From the NCBI GenBank assembly GCA_030765485.1, contig JAVCCR010000032.1, positions 55,481-119,480 on the forward strand: 64,000 nucleotides of DNA, given 5' to 3'. The notes below the pieces were generated by a model, which was not told the DNA's origin, made no database searches, and saw only the letters and a program-made list of their open reading frames with translations. The stretch's first letter is position 1. Every line of letters begins with the position of its first letter. The stretch comes from Candidatus Gygaella obscura. Its GTDB lineage: Bacteria > Omnitrophota > Gorgyraeia > Gygaellales > Gygaellaceae. Both the position numbers and the translations under genes were made by a program. This document shows positions 59,929-64,000 of the stretch, one piece after another.

Positions 59929-60354
59929 ATGAATATAAAATTGGTTTCAGATAAAGTAAAGTTAGGCATAAATAAGAAGTATCTGCCTTTTGGATTTCAG
60001 CTGTTATTGGATCTTTATGGTTGTAAACCCGGCGCTTGTGATGATTTAGATTTATGTTATAAATATTTGGATGAGATAGTGCCGTATTTAGGTATGGAAA
60101 AACAGGCTCCACCTAGTATCTTCAGAAGTGACGAAACGCGGTTTCCGGATAAGGCAGGACTTTCCGGATGGGTTCCTCTTATTGAGAGCTCCATTGTAAT
60201 ACACACTTTAACTCCCAAGAATTTTATTTCTGTTGATGTCTATTGTTGTAAATGTTTTGACGCTAATAAGGCAAAGCGTTTTACAAGTAAGTTTTTCCAG
60301 CCTAAGAGAATAGACGAGCAGTATTTGGAAAGAGGTCTTGATTATTATAAGTAA
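59929..60354 (+). CDS. speH: S-adenosylmethionine decarboxylase proenzyme (pyruvoyl-dependent, SpeH-type)
   Basis: 141 aa with LDLYGC and the self-processing site LIESSIVIHT followed by DVYCC. N-terminal extension of ~20 aa. Confidence 0.8.
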   Translation: MNIKLVSDKVKLGINKKYLPFGFQLLLDLYGCKPGACDDLDLCYKYLDEIVPYLGMEKQAPPSIFRSDETRFPDKAGLSGWVPLIESSIVIHTLTPKNFISVDVYCCKCFDANKAKRFTSKFFQPKRIDEQYLERGLDYYK

Positions 60355-60380
60355 TTGATTGTTCGTTTCGGTTTATTATG

Positions 60381-60409
60381 CCCAATCTTAATAGTTGGGA
60401 TTTTTTTTT
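60381..60409 (+). terminator. Rho-independent terminator after speH, abutting the convergent minus-strand gene
   Basis: CCCAA-TCTTAATAG-TTGGG hairpin followed by 9 T. It lies 4 nt from the stop of the minus-strand gene at 60414. Confidence 0.55.
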
Positions 60410-60413
60410 ATCT

Positions 60414-63125
60414 TTAGCGGATGGAAATATTAATTTTGATATGCTGAGGCAGTCTTTTTAAGGCAGTTTTTTTTATAATTATTGTATTTTCTTTTTTTAT
60501 AAAACTGACTTTTGGTTTTATAATTATGTTTGATATTTCATTTTTGAATTTCTTGCCAGATTTATCCAGATAGTTCAATTCAACTGATTTATTAAGAAAC
60601 TTGAAGTTTACTCCAATCGATTTATTCATAAATATTTTTTTGCAAAGTTTAGGTTGTATTAAGAGATTGGAAAAATCTCCCTTAATGCCAAAAATTTCAG
60701 TTAATAAAACAAATATAAACCAACTGGCAGAACCTGTAAGGTAACTGTAGAGACCTCTATTTTCTAAATTGAAGTATTCAGGCAGGTTGGGAAACGTTTT
60801 ACTTGTTTCGTAGTCTGTGCTTAAAGTATAGAGTCCATTAAGTATGTCCCAAGCTTTATCGTTTAAAGAATTTTTTAATAAGGCATAAGCAAACATTACG
60901 TTCATATGGCTGAAAATAGAACCATTTTCTTTATCGCCGTAAGAGAAGGAAAAAGCTCTTCCCAGGTTTATTTGAGGCTCAAGGAAATCCGTATTGAGCC
61001 TATAGGTTTTAGTTTTCTTATGCCCAAGATATTTATCCACAGTATGCAGGACTTTCAGTGTTTCTTTTTTATCGGTTAATCCGTTCATCAGTGGAAAAAC
61101 CTGGGATTGTAGCATTATGTTTATTTTTGACCCGTTTTTCCCCTCGACACGCTTGGATCTATTATCGTAGTATCCGTTAAAGAAGTGCGTGTTGCTGTCT
61201 ATTTTTAAAAACTCATTATTTTTAATATGTTTTTTTATCCAAATAGATTTTTTCTTAAGATCGCTTATAATCTTTTCAATGGGAATATCTACTTTTGTTC
61301 CGGAAACCTTTTCTTTGGTTGACCAAAAATATTTATCTAATAAGCTTATTTTATAATGCACCCTATTATAGTTTATTGGATTGGATAAAGTATCAAAAAG
61401 AGGCAGAATTTCCTTTGTCAGCTTTATACTCTTGATATGTTTAGATTCATTCAAGTATTTAAGAAGTTCTGAGATTTGTTTAAGATTTTCGGCGTAAAAA
61501 CTTGAGAAGGCAACGCTTTCTCCTTTCTCAGAAGCCATATCTAATCCATCATTCCAGTCCGCGTCTTCAAGCCTAATATTATTGTGCTTTCCCACATTGA
61601 AGAATTGGACTAAATGCTGCAGCATAATATGCTCCAGAAGACTTGCTTTATGGACACGGTTATTTTTATCAAGAAGTTTTTTCTTAAAATTTGGGTTAGG
61701 ATTTATTAGTTTTGCCCTTTTTAATATTCCGTCGTTAAAATAAGGAATTTGAGAAAAAAGTATTTTTGTATCATCGGTGTAGTTTAGATAAAGCTGAATT
61801 GTGAAAAAGGGCCATATACCATGATCCATCCATACTCTAGGTATAGAATTACGGTCGCTGATAAATGTTTTGTTGTTTTCTGCAACTATGGTTGCATTGG
61901 TTCCGTCAATCCTCACTCCGCATAGGCTGTTTATGATGAAGCTACGCAGATTGTTTTTATTGCAGGAATTATTTATTATTAAATTAAGATAATCCTGCCA
62001 GATATCTCGCCAGCCTCTGTTACCTTTACCATAATCGAAGTGGGGCAGGAAGGAACAGCCGAATGTTTTTCTTAAAATCGGTTGAACATTTACCCATTTC
62101 AGCCAGTTGTTTAGTCTAGGTTCTCCTAAATCAAATTCTATATTGGAGATTTTTTTCCAGTATAGTTTATTTTTCTCTTGGGCAGAGTTAATTTTCTTTA
62201 ACGTATTATATTTTTTTGTTATTCTATTTAAAGAGTAATCTTTGTCGTTTATGCCTAATAGGATAATGTAAGTCTGGCTTTGTAAGGGGGATAGTGTTTT
62301 TGTTTTGAATCTTAATGCACCGATAGCATCTTTACCTTGGATGTTATTTATTTCAGGTTTAGAATTATTGATTATCGCTTCAGGAGCTTCTAAGTCTGAA
62401 GTTTTGCCGATAAAACTTTCTAAATCTGGCAATATCTGAGTTGGTTTATTACCGTTTGAATCAAAGCCAAAGCAGAAGTAAACAGTTTTATTAAGTCTAT
62501 GACTTTTTTCATCAAACACCATAGTTGGTTTTAGCACTATGCCGGAGTTAGTTGGATATATACGGTTTAAGAGGCTGGTGACGTGTCTGTGGTCATGTAT
62601 ATTCTCAGCGCTTCTGCCATAAAGAGGGATTGCACTAGTTGCAGTTATTTTTACTTTTTTCCTGGAGATATTTTTTAGTTTAATTGTCATTATTTCCAGC
62701 GTTTCGTTATCAGCTGGAACAAAATTAGTAATTTCAGACTCAAGGCCAATTTTTTTGTTCGTAACTTTTACTTTATGCCATAATAGTCCAGCTTCCAGAG
62801 TTTTCTTATCATATTTTTTTTCAGGTAGACTGGATACGCCGCTGGCAGACCAAGCCTTTTTCGTGTTATGTACATATACCCAGAAATTACGGCTCATTTT
62901 GCTATTTTTTATATCTGTGGTTGAAACAGGAGAGGTGAGAAACTTATCGTTTGAAAGCTTGATATCTCCTTTTAGCTGTGCAGTTATAGAGCTTTTTAAG
63001 CCTTTTTGGTTCGCAAGAGGAAAATATGCCTCCTGGAAGTTAGATAGGTCTTTACAAGCAAAAGTTCCATCGTTGTTGGTGAATATGCATAACTTGTTAT
63101 TCATCGGGTATTTAGTATAAATCAA
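60414..63125 (-). CDS. GH94-family-like glycoside phosphorylase (cellobiose/chitobiose phosphorylase superfamily)
   Basis: 903 aa with EDADWNDGLDM (catalytic DWND motif of the GH94 (alpha/alpha)6 domain) and RGWRDIWQDYL. Exact substrate unknown. Confidence 0.55.
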   Translation of the reverse strand: MIYTKYPMNNKLCIFTNNDGTFACKDLSNFQEAYFPLANQKGLKSSITAQLKGDIKLSNDKFLTSPVSTTDIKNSKMSRNFWVYVHNTKKAWSASGVSSLPEKKYDKKTLEAGLLWHKVKVTNKKIGLESEITNFVPADNETLEIMTIKLKNISRKKVKITATSAIPLYGRSAENIHDHRHVTSLLNRIYPTNSGIVLKPTMVFDEKSHRLNKTVYFCFGFDSNGNKPTQILPDLESFIGKTSDLEAPEAIINNSKPEINNIQGKDAIGALRFKTKTLSPLQSQTYIILLGINDKDYSLNRITKKYNTLKKINSAQEKNKLYWKKISNIEFDLGEPRLNNWLKWVNVQPILRKTFGCSFLPHFDYGKGNRGWRDIWQDYLNLIINNSCNKNNLRSFIINSLCGVRIDGTNATIVAENNKTFISDRNSIPRVWMDHGIWPFFTIQLYLNYTDDTKILFSQIPYFNDGILKRAKLINPNPNFKKKLLDKNNRVHKASLLEHIMLQHLVQFFNVGKHNNIRLEDADWNDGLDMASEKGESVAFSSFYAENLKQISELLKYLNESKHIKSIKLTKEILPLFDTLSNPINYNRVHYKISLLDKYFWSTKEKVSGTKVDIPIEKIISDLKKKSIWIKKHIKNNEFLKIDSNTHFFNGYYDNRSKRVEGKNGSKINIMLQSQVFPLMNGLTDKKETLKVLHTVDKYLGHKKTKTYRLNTDFLEPQINLGRAFSFSYGDKENGSIFSHMNVMFAYALLKNSLNDKAWDILNGLYTLSTDYETSKTFPNLPEYFNLENRGLYSYLTGSASWFIFVLLTEIFGIKGDFSNLLIQPKLCKKIFMNKSIGVNFKFLNKSVELNYLDKSGKKFKNEISNIIIKPKVSFIKKENTIIIKKTALKRLPQHIKINISIR

Positions 63126-63226
63126 TTATGCTCTATTGGCAAGATTTAATTTAGCTTGTTTTTGGAAATTATTTTGTGTTATGCGATTTAAGAAGTATAA
63201 TAGCTATTTGAAGGAGGTAGTTTGTT

Positions 63227-63928
63227 ATGATTGATATGATGGTAATATTGTTGATATCTTTTTATATAATTATGGGTATCAAGAAGGGTTTCTTACGGCT
63301 TTTTGTAGAATTGATTGCTTTGCTTACAGCATTTACAATATGTTTTATTTTTTACCAGTCTTTTCACAATCCGCTTAAGACATTTTTTCTGTTAATAGCT
63401 TTAACTATAGTTCTACCGTTTATTGCCAAAGGTCTATTTTTTGGTTTTAAAAACAAGAAAAAGCAACAGCATTTATTCTTGAGCAGGTTTTTTGGTTGTG
63501 TTTTAGGTTTAGCCTGGGGAATAGTTGCGGTTTTTTTAACTTTTACGGTAATTGATCTTATTCCTAGAAGTTTGCCCTACGCAGAAGAGATTCATTTTAT
63601 GGTTGAAGATTCTAAGGCCTACGAAGTTTATCTTCAAAATTACCTCTTTAAGGAAGATCCTTTAGTTAAAAAGATTAAATATGCAGCGCAGTTAATGTCA
63701 GATAAGGATTTGACTGCCAGGCTTAAGGATGCCAAAGAGTTACAGCCGGTTTTTAACCATAAGAAAATTCAGGCAATTGCTAGAGATAAAGAATTGATAG
63801 AGGCGATAAAGAAAAAAGATTTGCTGAAGATAATCGCTGATCCTAAAATCATAGATTTTATGCAGGATGGATACCTGATGGAGCGTTTTATGGAAGTAGA
63901 TTTAGAAAGTATCATTAATGAACAATAG
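63227..63928 (+). CDS. cvpA: CvpA-family membrane protein
   Basis: 233 aa with 4 predicted TM helices and a CvpA-like N-terminus, plus a soluble C-terminal extension. Confidence 0.55.
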   Translation: MIDMMVILLISFYIIMGIKKGFLRLFVELIALLTAFTICFIFYQSFHNPLKTFFLLIALTIVLPFIAKGLFFGFKNKKKQQHLFLSRFFGCVLGLAWGIVAVFLTFTVIDLIPRSLPYAEEIHFMVEDSKAYEVYLQNYLFKEDPLVKKIKYAAQLMSDKDLTARLKDAKELQPVFNHKKIQAIARDKELIEAIKKKDLLKIIADPKIIDFMQDGYLMERFMEVDLESIINEQ

Positions 63929-64000
63929 GACAAACGGTAGTTTAAAGAATTATAACTCGCAGCAGAAGCAGGCCATTACATATAGAGATGGGCCTTGTTT
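63918..64000 (+). CDS. UvrD/PcrA/Rep-family DNA helicase, 5' end (partial)
   Basis: MNNRTNGSLKNYNSQQKQAITYRDGPCL... matches the helicase N-terminal LNxxQxxAVxxxxGPxLVLAGAGSGKT lead-in. Its start overlaps the cvpA stop. It runs off the window end. Confidence 0.45.
   Translation, partial: MNNRTNGSLKNYNSQQKQAITYRDGPC

Noticed and set aside
1-64000. Search for CRISPR arrays, IS elements/transposases, integrases, toxin-antitoxin pairs or defence islands
   Set aside because: I saw no direct-repeat/spacer periodicity, no transposase or integrase-like ORFs, and no small adjacent gene pairs with TA-like architecture. The window is core-genome in character apart from the items listed in findings.

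Overview
The window is a 64 kb low-GC (~36%) chromosomal segment. It is almost entirely + strand and densely packed with translationally coupled housekeeping operons from a diderm (Gram-negative-type) bacterium. The gene content (Wood-Ljungdahl genes, four-subunit PFOR, split transketolase, LpxC-FabZ fusion, LpxI) and AT-rich codon usage suggest an uncultivated anaerobic lineage; this phylum-level guess is inference only. In order, the window contains: (1) a Wood-Ljungdahl methyl-branch cluster fchA(partial)-folD-metV-metF-flavoprotein followed by an acetyl-CoA synthase (AcsB/CdhC) homolog; (2) a TPR protein, polA, glgA, coaE, rho; (3) a secreted tail-fibre-like protein carrying a C-terminal intramolecular-chaperone (peptidase S74-like) domain; (4) rpmE-prfA-prmC-murA joined directly to a trp operon (trpG-D-C-F-[coiled-coil membrane ORF]-B-A) that lacks trpE; (5) M16 peptidase and a CNNM/CorC transporter, then a strong promoter driving a small zinc-ribbon ORF-rsfS-argS-recJ; (6) rpmB (minus strand), a beta-CASP MBL RNase, a PabB-PabC fusion; (7) porGDAB pyruvate:ferredoxin oxidoreductase plus ferredoxin plus an AmmeMemoRadiSam-type radical SAM; (8) ppiD-like chaperone (minus strand); hisG, a 33-aa ultra-basic peptide, split transketolase, ispE, a SpoVG with an inserted zinc ribbon, tRNA-Gln(UUG), glmU, prs, rplY, pth, rpsF-ssb-rpsR-rplI, dnaB; (9) the outer-membrane/lipid A cluster bamA-skp-lpxD-lpxC::fabZ-lpxA-lpxI; (10) rluA-family synthase, uppP, malQ, a DUF502 protein, speH, a large GH94-like glycoside phosphorylase (minus strand), cvpA and the start of a UvrD/PcrA-like helicase. 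I saw no CRISPR array, IS element, integrase or obvious prophage or defence island. The most unusual items are the AcsB homolog, which sits apart from any CODH/CFeSP genes and has a C-S-L-C-F-E-C motif where canonical ACS has the Ni-binding C-G-C; a degenerate flavoprotein in the metVF cluster; the tail-fibre-like secreted protein in a housekeeping locus; a coiled-coil membrane protein embedded in the trp operon; and a cluster of GATATC palindromes in the speH upstream region. All homology calls rest on recognising motifs by eye; no database searches were possible.
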